Shown here: in pieces, positions 18,999 to 31,150 of the stretch
Numbering within the stretch: position 1 is the first letter of the stretch
Layout of the letters: every line of letters starts with the position of its first letter
Notes under the pieces: model-generated
What the model was told of the DNA's origin: nothing
The model's database searches: none
Seen by the model: only the letters and a program-made list of their open reading frames with translations
NCBI GenBank assembly: GCA_031254575.1
Contig: JAIRUE010000039.1
Coordinates: 6,793 to 70,792 of the forward strand
Direction of reading: 5' to 3'
DNA from: Oscillospiraceae bacterium
GTDB lineage: Bacteria > Bacillota > Clostridia > Oscillospirales > UBA929
DNA: 64,000 nt
Program-made: the position numbers and the translations under genes

Positions 18999-21584
18999 AT
19001 GGATACAATTCTCGACATAGCCGGAAAAACGATCATCAAATGCAGATTTGTGATTCTGGCCTTATTTATCATCGCCGTCGGAGCAAGCGGCGCGTTACAG
19101 GGCAACGTAAAAATCAACGAGGACATGACAAAGTATCTGCCAAGCGACAGTGAAACAATTATCGCGGCGGGCATTATGAGCGACGAGTTCGGAAACAATG
19201 AAACCTTGAAAGTCATGGTTAAGGATGTCCCGGAGGACAAAACCGGCGTATACCAAGATGCGATCCTGAACGTGAACGGCGGTAATACCGTATTGAAAGT
19301 GTCGCAGGAAGCGTATAAGGATAACAGCGTTTTGTTTGCCGTGACCCTCAAAGCGGGGTTATCGTTAGCGGAATCAAAGGAAGCGGCAGACCATATCCGT
19401 GACGCGCTTTCGGATAAAACGGCCGCGCTTGCAGGTCACGTCGTCACCGAAAACTATGTGGATTCAGTATCGGGCGGGGAAGCCGCAAAGCTCCTTATGA
19501 TCCTGATCCCGATACTGCTTTTGATTCTGTTTATTTCCTCAAAATCATTTATTGACCCGGTGATTTGCCTGATAACCATTATCGTATCCATCGTTATCGG
19601 GCAGGGAACAAACGTGATATTCACCGATGTTTCTTCTATCACCAACAATATGTTCGCGGTGCTGATGATCGCCATATCAATGGATTACTCGGTGTTCATG
19701 CTGCACACCTTCAAGGACGCGAGGGACGAGGGGCTTGAATCAAGGGACGCGGTTTTATATGCCCTAAAAAAATCATTCACGACTATTTCCGGCGCAAGCC
19801 TTACGACGATTGCGGGGTTTGTTTCCTTTACGCTGATGAAGTTTGCTTTTGGCGCGGATATTGGCTGGGTTTTCGCAAAGGGTATTTTAATCAGCTTGCT
19901 GACAGTACTCCTGCTTATGCCGTGCCTGCTGATGTTTTTTGATAAGCTCATCCGAAAAACCTCACACCGGGACTTTTTACCGTCTTTCAAAGGCTTTGGT
20001 AAATTCGTCACTTTGATTCGCTGGGCGGTCATCCCCGTGGTTCTTGTGGGAATTACTGTGTCGGTGTACGGCAGCAATCAAAACAACTTCATCTACGGGA
20101 ACAGTACGCTTATCGAAACGCCCGGCACGATTCTTTACGATGACAACCGTGTGATTGTGGACACATTCGGCAGGCAGAATCAACTGGTTGTTCTTCTTCC
20201 GATAGGTGATAATCTGGCAGCTGAGAATGAACTTGCGGAGCGGCTGCAGGGCGTGGATAATGTTGACTCTGATATTATATCCCTTGCGACGGTGGTAAAC
20301 GGTATAAACCCCGATTTGCTGAAAGCTGATATGAACACGGTTTATAACGCGCTTTCGCCATATTTAGACGTAAACGACTTGCACGGCGAACACTACGCGC
20401 GGATGGTCCTGAATCTGGAAACTCCCGAAGAAGGCGACGAGGCGTTTAAGGCGATTGAGGATATAAAGGCGATTGTGCCTGACGGAGCGTATGTGATCGG
20501 CTCGACCTCGGCGGCTCTCGATATGAAAGACACGATCAATTCAGATTATATGATCGTTACGATTGTTTCTTTGCTGGCGGTCGGTTTAATTGTTGGATTG
20601 AGTTTTAAGTCTTTGTCCTTGCCGCTTCTCCTGCTCCTGTGCGTACAGGGCGGTGTGTTTATCAACATGGCGATTCCAGCCATAACAGGTGAAGCGATAC
20701 CCTACGTCGCGTATATTCTCATCAGCACGATACAGTTAGGGGCGACGATTGACTACGCTATCCTCTTTACCGGCAAATACATGGAAAACAGACAGTCTAT
20801 AAAGAAAGTCCCCGCCGCAATCGCGTCAGTCCACCAAGTCAGCGGTTCGCTGCTCACGAGCGGCGGCGTGTTAATGGCGGCGGGATTTACGATGTTCTTT
20901 ACATCCGCCGACGCGGTGGTATCTAAAATAGGGATGCTGCTGGGCCGGGGCGCGTTCACCAGTATGTCGCTTGTGTTTATCTTCCTGCCCGCTTTGCTTA
21001 TCGTCTTTGACAAGTTCGTTCAAAAAACCACTTATAAAGCGGACTTTTTGGATGATGCGGTTTGCAATCACGAGTCTTTTAACACCATTGCCGATTTGAA
21101 AGACACGGCATATTACGCCGGTTGCTATGCAAGTTTCGGCTGGGAGCTTTCCAAAAGCAAAATAAAGTCCAATCCCTCCTCCGCTATTGAGGATCGGGTT
21201 GTTTTGAATTTCAAACGGAATGTAAATCTTGCGAACAGGGAGAAGCTAAATGTTTTACAGGAAAAATGCGAAATAAGTTTACGGGAAATCGAACGGCTTG
21301 AAAAACGGAAAAACTCATTGGCGATAAGTGTTGCGCTGCTGCTCGGTCTATTGGCGGCAGGAGTCGTCGTCGGCAGCGTGGTCGGCTTTACGAGGGATTT
21401 TATCACGAGTCCGTGGGTTTTTGCTCTCACCAATCTGCTGGGGGTTCTCATGACTATTCCACCGGCGATTGTTTACAACAAAATCAACAAAGCCAAAACA
21501 GCCCGACTCACGCCGCAAATTGAAAAGCAGACCGGCTTGATAAATGAATTTTGCGTTGAAGCGCGGAAATTATTGACTCCCTAA
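18999..21584 (+). CDS. MMPL/RND-superfamily transporter with about 180-aa extra C-terminal module (coiled coil plus 2 TM)
   Basis: Two 6-TM bundles, each followed by a large extracytoplasmic loop (MMPL layout). After about nt 21040 comes a soluble Cys/Tyr-containing segment, a charged helix (LQEKCEISLREIERLEKRKN) and two further TM helices. Confidence 0.7.
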   Translation: MDTILDIAGKTIIKCRFVILALFIIAVGASGALQGNVKINEDMTKYLPSDSETIIAAGIMSDEFGNNETLKVMVKDVPEDKTGVYQDAILNVNGGNTVLKVSQEAYKDNSVLFAVTLKAGLSLAESKEAADHIRDALSDKTAALAGHVVTENYVDSVSGGEAAKLLMILIPILLLILFISSKSFIDPVICLITIIVSIVIGQGTNVIFTDVSSITNNMFAVLMIAISMDYSVFMLHTFKDARDEGLESRDAVLYALKKSFTTISGASLTTIAGFVSFTLMKFAFGADIGWVFAKGILISLLTVLLLMPCLLMFFDKLIRKTSHRDFLPSFKGFGKFVTLIRWAVIPVVLVGITVSVYGSNQNNFIYGNSTLIETPGTILYDDNRVIVDTFGRQNQLVVLLPIGDNLAAENELAERLQGVDNVDSDIISLATVVNGINPDLLKADMNTVYNALSPYLDVNDLHGEHYARMVLNLETPEEGDEAFKAIEDIKAIVPDGAYVIGSTSAALDMKDTINSDYMIVTIVSLLAVGLIVGLSFKSLSLPLLLLLCVQGGVFINMAIPAITGEAIPYVAYILISTIQLGATIDYAILFTGKYMENRQSIKKVPAAIASVHQVSGSLLTSGGVLMAAGFTMFFTSADAVVSKIGMLLGRGAFTSMSLVFIFLPALLIVFDKFVQKTTYKADFLDDAVCNHESFNTIADLKDTAYYAGCYASFGWELSKSKIKSNPSSAIEDRVVLNFKRNVNLANREKLNVLQEKCEISLREIERLEKRKNSLAISVALLLGLLAAGVVVGSVVGFTRDFITSPWVFALTNLLGVLMTIPPAIVYNKINKAKTARLTPQIEKQTGLINEFCVEARKLLTP

Positions 21585-21616
21585 CACCGCAGGGGATAAC
21601 GGGATTAAAGTTTTCC

Positions 21617-21645
21617 TTGTTAACCTCTCATTGCTGTTGTATAAT
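21617..21645 (+). promoter_or_regulatory. sigma-70-type promoter of hybrid kinase 1
   Basis: TTGTTA (21617-21622), 17-nt spacer, TATAAT (21640-21645). Confidence 0.5.
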
Positions 21646-21740
21646 AAGAATTAAGCCCTTATTGCCGCAACGGCCGGGGAAAAGGGGCTCAGTTCGTTGT
21701 GGCGTTTCTGAAAAATGTGGTCATTGGGAGTGCCTGGAAA

Positions 21741-24700
21741 ATGAAGCATCTCAAAGTACGAACCAAACTGATGGCCGGGTTTTTGATTGTCACCGCCCTT
21801 TGTGTTGTTGTGGGCGCGGTGGGGATTATCGGCATGAACCGGATCAAAACCGCGGGAGATTCCATATATGTCACCCATATGTCGGCGCTGCCCGACATCG
21901 CCAAGGCCATTGAATATCTTGAGCGTATGCGCATACAGCTGCAAAACCTGATCCTCGCGGACGGCGATCCGGAGGAAATCAGCACCGCGAAGGCAAAGCT
22001 GGCCGATTACGGGGACAGATTCCTTGAGCACACATCCGCCTATGGCGGAACGATCGTTTTACCGCGCGTACGGCTGCTGTTTGAGGACGCCGTGGACGTG
22101 TTTACCGGAGATTTTGTACCGGGCGCCGGCAAGCTCGTCTCGGAGGCGGAAGCCGGGGGGATGCCGGCTGTTCTCAAGGAGATGCTGAATAATACCAACC
22201 CGGCGGCAAACATGATTGTGGAATATCTGACAGAGTGTATGGAGATAAATATCTCGCTCGCCGACGATTTGACCCGGAAAAATCTCGCGTCATTTGAAAA
22301 TATATGGAAGGTTATTTTTGCCGTTTTATGTGTGGTGACCCTCCTTTCCCTGCTTATATCCCTTTATATCTCCGGCCTCATTTCCAAACCTTTGACTACC
22401 CTGTCGGCTTTTATGAGAAAGGCGGGCACGACGGGTGAATTGTCCCTGTCCCAGGAGGATATTGAAAACATCAGCAGGTTCGGGCAGTCCCGGGATGAAA
22501 TTGGGGACGCCATAGCGGGCTGCGCTTTATTTATCAAGTATATCACAGACGTTTCCTGGAAACTGGAGGGCGTAGCCGAGGGTGATCTGGGCATTGATAC
22601 GGACGTGTTGTCTGACGCCGACACAATCGGAAATTCGCTCAAAAAGATGGTTGGCGGCATCAGCGATATGATACGCTCCTTAAACCGTAAGAACGAATTG
22701 ACCGATACCCTGAACCGGGCGGCTGCTATTTTTATTTCAAGGGAACACGAAACATTTGAGGGAACCATGTCGGTGGGCGTCAGGCAAATAGCGGGGGCGG
22801 CTAAACTGGACAGAGTGACGGTGTGGCGCAACTTTACGCGGCCGGACGGCGAGCACGGGGCGCAGATATATCGCTGGGACAGGGAATCGGGCGGCACGAC
22901 GGAACCGACGCCGGGATCGGAGGATATACATTATTCCAAACTTGCGCCCCTTTGGGTGGAGTCGTTTTTGAACGGGACGCCCGTCAACGGCCCCATACAT
23001 AAAATACCGTACGGCGAATTATTACGGTCTTCCGGTGTGGCGTCCGTGTTTATCCAGCCTGTATTCATCAGCGGAAGGTTCTGGGGCGCCGTCATCTTTG
23101 AGGATCACTATAACGAGCGCTATTTTGAGGCGGATGTAGCAAGTATGCTGCGTTCGGCCGCTTTTCTGTGCGCGAATACCGTCATCCGGGAGGAGATGGA
23201 GCGCGAGATCATCCAGGCGGAGGCCCTCAAAAAGACCCGCGAGGCAGACGAGTTTGCGCGCCTGATATTTGAAACAGTCCCTGTGTCCTGCGACCTGTGG
23301 GATGAGGACGGCAGCATCGTTGACTGCAACGAGGAAGCGTTAAAACTGTTCGGCGTGCGGGACAAGGAAGAATACAGGCGGAGATTTGCGGAGTTTTCGC
23401 CCGAAACCCAGCCGGACGGCAGGAACTCCCTCAGAAGGGTGAGGGAGATAGTCGATACGGTATTAAACGACGGTTTTTTCCGCTTTAACTGGCTGCACAA
23501 CGACGCCGACGGGACGCCTATTCCCGTTGTCATCCACGCTAAGCGTATAATGTACCAAGGCCGCTATGTGGCCGCCAGCTATAAATACGATATGCGCGAG
23601 GAGCTAAGAACACAGGAACAGGCGCGCAAGGCCGAAAAAAGAACGAAGCTCTTATTTGACTCCATGCCGCTGTGCGGTTGTATGTGGGCGGACGACCTTT
23701 CCATTTTAGACAGTAATCAGGAAACAATGAAGCTGTTCGGCCTGCCGGGTAAGCTGAGTACAAGCGAAACTTTCCATAAATTATCGCCCGAAACCCAGCC
23801 GGACGGCAAAAAATCAACCGAGACAGCGCGGAGAAAACTGACTGAAGCATTCAGCGGCAGTGGGTACAGCCGCTTTGAGTGGCTGCATCAAACCCTCGAC
23901 GGTGAGCCGCTTCCCTGCGAAGTCACACTCATCCGTTCGGAATATAACGGCGAAACCGTTGTATTGTCATACATCCGTGACATCCGGGAGCAGAAAAAAA
24001 TGCTGGCGGCGGAAGCCGCCAGCTACGCCAAAACCGCGTTTTTATCCAACATGAGCCACGAGATGCGCACGCCCATGAACGCGATCATAGGCATGGCGGC
24101 CATCGGCAAAAACGCGGCGGATACGGAGCGGAAAGATTACGCTTTCGGCAAGATCGAGGACGCGTCCACCCACCTGCTGGGGGTCATCAACGACGTACTC
24201 GATATTTCAAAAATTGAGGCGAATATGCTGGAGCTGTCACCCGTTGAATTCGACTTTGAGCGTATGCTCCACAAGGTCGTTTCGGTTATCAACTTCCGCG
24301 TCAACGAGAAGCGGCAGAAGTTTTCGGTCCATGTGGACGGCAAAGTGCCGCGCTTCATTGTCGGCGACGACCAGCGCCTGGCGCAGGTCATTATGAACCT
24401 GCTGTCAAACGCGGTGAAATTTACGCCGGAGCAGGGCGCGATACGCCTTGACGCCTCTATGACCGGAGAGAAGAACGGACTATGCGAACTGCGTATCGAG
24501 GTCACGGATACGGGGATCGGCATATCGGCCGAACAGCAGGATAAACTGTTCAGGGCTTTCTCGCAGGCCGAGAGTGGGATCAGCCGCGAATACGGCGGCA
24601 CGGGACTGGGCCTTGTGATTTCAAAGCGTATCGTCGAACTCATGGGCGGCGAGTTGTGGGTCGAGTCCGAGCAGGGAGAGGGATCGCGGTTTATCTTTAC

Positions 24701-25586
24701 CGTCAGGGTGGCGCGGGGGAAGAAAACCGTCCGGAATTTGCTTTCTCCCGGTATCAACTGGGATACCATCCGCGTTCTGGCTGTGGACGACATGGAGGAG
24801 ACCCGCGAATACTTCAAGGACGTGTTCAACCGGCTCCGAGTGAAATGCGATGTGGCGGCGGACGGCTTTGAGGCGCTGCAGATGATTGAGGACAACGGGC
24901 AGTATGACATCTGTTTCATAGACTGGCGTATGCCCGGCATGGACGGCATTGAGCTGACAAGAAGGATAAAGGCGCGCGGGAACGGCAAACCGCCCGTGGT
25001 GATTATGATTTCCGCCTATAATTGGGAGGACATCAAGGAAACGGCTTCCCAGGCCGGCGTGGACAAATATCTGGTGAAACCGCTGCTGTCGTCGGCTATC
25101 ATGGACTGTGTGAACGATTGCCTCGGATTGGGCCATAAACAGGACTCCTTGATTGACGCGGGCGATTTTGAGGGCAGGCATATATTGCTGGCGGAGGATA
25201 TAGAGCTTAACCGGGAAATCGTGCTGGCGCTTATGGACGGCACGGGGCTTAAGATCGATTGCGCGGAAAACGGCAGGACAGCTCTTGACATGGTGGAAGC
25301 GGCACCGGATAGATATGATCTGATATTTATGGATGTACAGATGCCGCAAATGGACGGGCTGACGGCGACGCGGAGCATACGCGCCTTACCCTTCAATCGC
25401 TGTAAGGAAATCCCCATCATTGCCATGACGGCGGACGTTTTTAAGGACGACATCGAAAAATGCCTCGCGGCGGGGATGAACGACCACATTGGCAAACCGC
25501 TGGATATAACCGTGGTGCATGAAAAGCTGCGGCGCTATCTGGGCGAAAGCAATAAGGTTCTTATACCGTCGCGGGACGGAGGCTAA
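21741..25586 (+). CDS. Hybrid sensor histidine kinase 1 (4HB-MCP-type sensor, HAMP, GAF, 2 PAS, HisKA, HATPase_c, two receivers)
   Basis: MKHLKVRTKLMAGFLIV.. is an MCP-type N-terminus. Two PAS domains with SPETQPDG. H-box MSHEMRTPMNAI, G-box EYGGTGLGL. Receivers VLAVDDME..DWRMPGMDG and ILLAEDIELN..MDVQMPQMDG. An alternative GTG start lies at 21699. Confidence 0.9.
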   Translation: MKHLKVRTKLMAGFLIVTALCVVVGAVGIIGMNRIKTAGDSIYVTHMSALPDIAKAIEYLERMRIQLQNLILADGDPEEISTAKAKLADYGDRFLEHTSAYGGTIVLPRVRLLFEDAVDVFTGDFVPGAGKLVSEAEAGGMPAVLKEMLNNTNPAANMIVEYLTECMEINISLADDLTRKNLASFENIWKVIFAVLCVVTLLSLLISLYISGLISKPLTTLSAFMRKAGTTGELSLSQEDIENISRFGQSRDEIGDAIAGCALFIKYITDVSWKLEGVAEGDLGIDTDVLSDADTIGNSLKKMVGGISDMIRSLNRKNELTDTLNRAAAIFISREHETFEGTMSVGVRQIAGAAKLDRVTVWRNFTRPDGEHGAQIYRWDRESGGTTEPTPGSEDIHYSKLAPLWVESFLNGTPVNGPIHKIPYGELLRSSGVASVFIQPVFISGRFWGAVIFEDHYNERYFEADVASMLRSAAFLCANTVIREEMEREIIQAEALKKTREADEFARLIFETVPVSCDLWDEDGSIVDCNEEALKLFGVRDKEEYRRRFAEFSPETQPDGRNSLRRVREIVDTVLNDGFFRFNWLHNDADGTPIPVVIHAKRIMYQGRYVAASYKYDMREELRTQEQARKAEKRTKLLFDSMPLCGCMWADDLSILDSNQETMKLFGLPGKLSTSETFHKLSPETQPDGKKSTETARRKLTEAFSGSGYSRFEWLHQTLDGEPLPCEVTLIRSEYNGETVVLSYIRDIREQKKMLAAEAASYAKTAFLSNMSHEMRTPMNAIIGMAAIGKNAADTERKDYAFGKIEDASTHLLGVINDVLDISKIEANMLELSPVEFDFERMLHKVVSVINFRVNEKRQKFSVHVDGKVPRFIVGDDQRLAQVIMNLLSNAVKFTPEQGAIRLDASMTGEKNGLCELRIEVTDTGIGISAEQQDKLFRAFSQAESGISREYGGTGLGLVISKRIVELMGGELWVESEQGEGSRFIFTVRVARGKKTVRNLLSPGINWDTIRVLAVDDMEETREYFKDVFNRLRVKCDVAADGFEALQMIEDNGQYDICFIDWRMPGMDGIELTRRIKARGNGKPPVVIMISAYNWEDIKETASQAGVDKYLVKPLLSSAIMDCVNDCLGLGHKQDSLIDAGDFEGRHILLAEDIELNREIVLALMDGTGLKIDCAENGRTALDMVEAAPDRYDLIFMDVQMPQMDGLTATRSIRALPFNRCKEIPIIAMTADVFKDDIEKCLAAGMNDHIGKPLDITVVHEKLRRYLGESNKVLIPSRDGG

Positions 25587-25665
25587 CCCCGGTTTATACA
25601 GATCACGCGAACAGTACCGTCCGCCGGTTGAGACGGCAGCCCCAAACAGGAAAGGAAGAGATAAA

Positions 25666-26169
25666 ATGACCGAAGCCATTGCAAAACGCCGCAGTATCCG
25701 AAAATATGATCCGGCGAAGCCCGTGACCAAAGAACAGCTCAATCAGCTTCTGGAAGCCGCTATGCTTGCTCCGTCAGCCTGCAACTCCCGTCCGTGGGAG
25801 TTTATCGCCGTCACAAAACGGGAGATCCTTGACGAAATCGCCCGGATACACCCGTACGCAAAAATGTGCGCTTCGGCCGCGGCCGCTATTATTGTCGTCG
25901 CGCTCCCCCAACCCGATATGCCTGCGGGGTTTTTCCCGCAGGACTGCGGCGCGGCAACGCAAAACATCCTGCTGGAAGCTGTGGCGCAAGGGCTTGGCGC
26001 CTGTTGGTGCGGTGTTTACCCCAGAGAGGAAAGAATGGCCGAAATTGCCGGGCTGTTTGACATCAAGGCGCCGAAACTCCCGTTCTGCGTGATTGCTGTC
26101 GGGACGCCCGCTGAAAAGCCGGCGCAAAGAGGCTTTTTTGAGGAACGCAAAGTCACCTATATAGACTGA
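25666..26169 (+). CDS. Nitroreductase-family oxidoreductase
   Basis: MTEAIAKRRSIRKYD.., APSACNSRPWEF. RBS GGAAAGGAAG before the ATG at 25666. Confidence 0.85.
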   Translation: MTEAIAKRRSIRKYDPAKPVTKEQLNQLLEAAMLAPSACNSRPWEFIAVTKREILDEIARIHPYAKMCASAAAAIIVVALPQPDMPAGFFPQDCGAATQNILLEAVAQGLGACWCGVYPREERMAEIAGLFDIKAPKLPFCVIAVGTPAEKPAQRGFFEERKVTYID

Positions 26170-26226
26170 CGCCCGTTTGAGGGAACAGCCGTCAAACCCG
26201 CGTATAAGGGCCGGCGGCAGAAGGGA

Positions 26227-29256
<3,030 letters not shown>

Positions 29257-29404
29257 AGATAGCGCCGGACGCGCTGTGCGCGGCTATGGGGAACCGGTTG
29301 GGATATGACGGCGACGCGTGTTCGGCCCCGGCGGCGTGCGCCGAATCATATTCTATGCGGGACGTACCTCCCCCGCCCGGCGCAGGAAATGGGGAAAGAC
29401 AGTG

Positions 29405-30193
29405 ATGCAGGCGGTTTTGACGACAGGCGGCGGAATCGGGTTTATTTTTGGTATGACCTGTCTGGGGGCCGCCACGGTATTTTTCTTCCGCAAGTCGGCG
29501 CCGGGCAGCTTCCAGCAGATTTTTCTCGGCTTCGCGGCGGGGGTGATGGTTGCTGCGTCCGTATGGAGCTTGCTGATTCCCGCCATTGAGGAGGCGGAAG
29601 CGCAGGGCCTGATCGGATGGCTACCCGCCGCGGGGGGATTTGCCCTCGGCGTTTTGTTCCTGCTGGGACTGGATCATCTCATACCGCACATCCATCCCCT
29701 TTCCGATGTGCGGGAAGGGCCGGCTTCGGCGTCCAAACGCACGACATTGCTGGTCTTCGCCGTGACCTTGCACAATATCCCGGAGGGGATGGCGGTAGGG
29801 CTTTCTTTCGCCCTGGCGGTTCAGAATGACGATCCGGCGATGTACACGGCCGCTTTCGCGCTGGCGCTTGGCATCGGCATTCAAAACTTTCCGGAAGGCG
29901 CGGCGGTCTCCCTGCCTCTGCTTCAGGAAGGCGTACCGCCCGGCAAAGCCTTTGGGATGGCCTGTTTGTCCGGCGCGGTGGAACCTGTTTTCGGGATTTT
30001 GGCGGTGCTTCTGGCGCTGTGGCTTGGACCTGTGATGCCGTGGCTGTTATCCTTCGCGGCGGGCGCGATGATATATGTCGTGGTGGAGGAATTGATTCCC
30101 GAAGCGCATTTGGGGGAGCATTCCCACGCGGGCACACTGGGCGTCATGGCCGGTTTCCTGGTGATGATGACGCTGGATGTGGCGCTGGGTTAG
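29405..30193 (+). CDS. ZIP-family divalent metal transporter (ZupT/GufA-like)
   Basis: HNIPEGMAVG and IQNFPEGAAVSLPL motifs, about 8 TM. I chose the ATG at 29405 (MQAVLTTGGGIGFIFG..); the track GTG at 29318 adds an implausible basic leader. Confidence 0.85.
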   Translation: MQAVLTTGGGIGFIFGMTCLGAATVFFFRKSAPGSFQQIFLGFAAGVMVAASVWSLLIPAIEEAEAQGLIGWLPAAGGFALGVLFLLGLDHLIPHIHPLSDVREGPASASKRTTLLVFAVTLHNIPEGMAVGLSFALAVQNDDPAMYTAAFALALGIGIQNFPEGAAVSLPLLQEGVPPGKAFGMACLSGAVEPVFGILAVLLALWLGPVMPWLLSFAAGAMIYVVVEELIPEAHLGEHSHAGTLGVMAGFLVMMTLDVALG

Positions 30194-30493
30194 GTATAGG
30201 AATTGTACGGAAGGGGCGGCCGTCGCGCTTGTCGCTAAAGTCAACGCGAGCACCGGCGGCTGGCTTATCCACCACATTCAGCATGAGGATAAAAAAGTCG
30301 CCGCGCATATCCGCGAGCATGGAGCTTAAACCGGGTATACGCGTCATGCGCGCCGTGAATACCGTTGAGGCAGCGGCCGCGTTGACAAGCTCCGGCAGAC
30401 GGAGGAACCGGTCCCTCCGTTTGCCGGAGCATTCTGATTTAAGGAGATGACAAAAGAGCGTGGCGGTTTGCCGCGGGCCGGCGCGCGTTACAC

Positions 30494-30522
30494 TTGACAA
30501 ACGGCGGTACAAACTATATATT
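30494..30522 (+). promoter_or_regulatory. sigma-70-type promoter of the envelope-acylation cassette
   Basis: TTGACA (30494-30499), 17-nt spacer, TATATT (30517-30522). Confidence 0.5.
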
Positions 30523-30562
30523 ACAGGGGTACATCACACAGATTGGAAAGGGGTTCATTGAA

Positions 30563-31120
30563 TTGAACGCGAAAAGGATACGCTGCCTTGTCCTGGCCGC
30601 GCTGGCGCTGTGCGCCGTTACGGCGGGCTGCCAAAGCCCCGGGGCCGGGGGGGACAGCAAGCTCAGCGGTTCCGCGGAAGACGTCCTGAACTTAGTCCTT
30701 GACGGCATTGACGCGTCGCTGCCCGAAGACCAGAAGATGCCTATGTCGTTCTCGCAGCCCGTTACCGCCGATGACAGCCAATATACTATCGGGCTTTCTC
30801 CGGACGATTTTGACAAGTACGTCTCGGAGGCGGTAAGCTCAATGGCCACAATCGGCACGCACGCCCACCAGATCATTCTCATAAAGGCTAAATCCGTCCA
30901 GGACGCGGCTGAGGTCAAAAAGCTCATCACCTCCGACGGCGGCTATGACCCGAAGAAGTGGGTCTGCGTTTACCCCAAAAAGGGCGTCGCGGTCGATTCC
31001 GGCAGTTATGTGCTGCTGATCGCGGGCGAGGCGGCGGTCGCCGACGCGGGGGTCGGGGTTTTCAAAAATGAGGCGGGGTCTGCCGGCGACGTCATCACGT
31101 TCTGGGAGTTTACCGGATAA
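30563..31120 (+). CDS. Lipoprotein (DUF4358-like)
   Basis: Signal peptide with lipobox LCAVTAGC. TTG at 30563 lies after GGAAAGGGG, and the track start at 30494 would overlap the -35 box. This type of lipoprotein commonly precedes MBOAT/DHHW pairs in Clostridia. Confidence 0.6.
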   Translation: MNAKRIRCLVLAALALCAVTAGCQSPGAGGDSKLSGSAEDVLNLVLDGIDASLPEDQKMPMSFSQPVTADDSQYTIGLSPDDFDKYVSEAVSSMATIGTHAHQIILIKAKSVQDAAEVKKLITSDGGYDPKKWVCVYPKKGVAVDSGSYVLLIAGEAAVADAGVGVFKNEAGSAGDVITFWEFTG

Positions 31121-31150
31121 TAGGGGTATTTTCGAGGGGAGGGCGGCGCC

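Larger units (their letters stand above)
13988..21600. other. Lower-GC accessory segment (HTH, membrane protein, two-component system, ABC exporter, MMPL transporter)
   Basis: Base composition drops visibly relative to the flanks (for example, 14.4 kb is AT-rich while 9 kb is about two-thirds GC). The left edge has a 13/14-nt-arm hairpin at 13988-14028. No integrase or repeats were found. Confidence 0.4.

Noticed and set aside
14041-21588. Shared heptamer TAACACC at 14041-14047 and 21582-21588 as possible direct repeats flanking the low-GC insert
   Set aside because: Seven nucleotides is too short to be significant in 64 kb. The right copy also includes the MMPL stop codon.
21699-21740. Upstream GTG starts given by the ORF track for several genes (21699, 17136, 25519, 29318, 33603, 49459, 62135, 11204)
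   Set aside because: In each case a downstream ATG or TTG is preceded by a GGAGG-type RBS at 6-11 nt and yields a native-looking N-terminus. The upstream extensions are basic or low-complexity, or overlap promoters and neighbouring genes.
24137-25349. 283-aa and 242-aa minus-strand ORFs inside hybrid kinase 1 (similar ones at 28323-29213 in kinase 2 and 22364-22897)
   Set aside because: They are antisense to kinase domains with complete H, N and G boxes. Their Ser/Arg-rich composition is typical of antisense frames.
30194-30493. About 300-nt gap after the ZIP gene with a protein-like minus-strand reading (..LPELVNAAAASTVFTARMTRIPGLSSMLADMRGDFFILMLNVVDKPAAG..): a possible gene remnant
   Set aside because: It has no credible start or RBS, and the ORF runs into the ZIP gene 3' end. 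I cannot assign a family. It is worth a BLASTX run but is not supportable as a feature.
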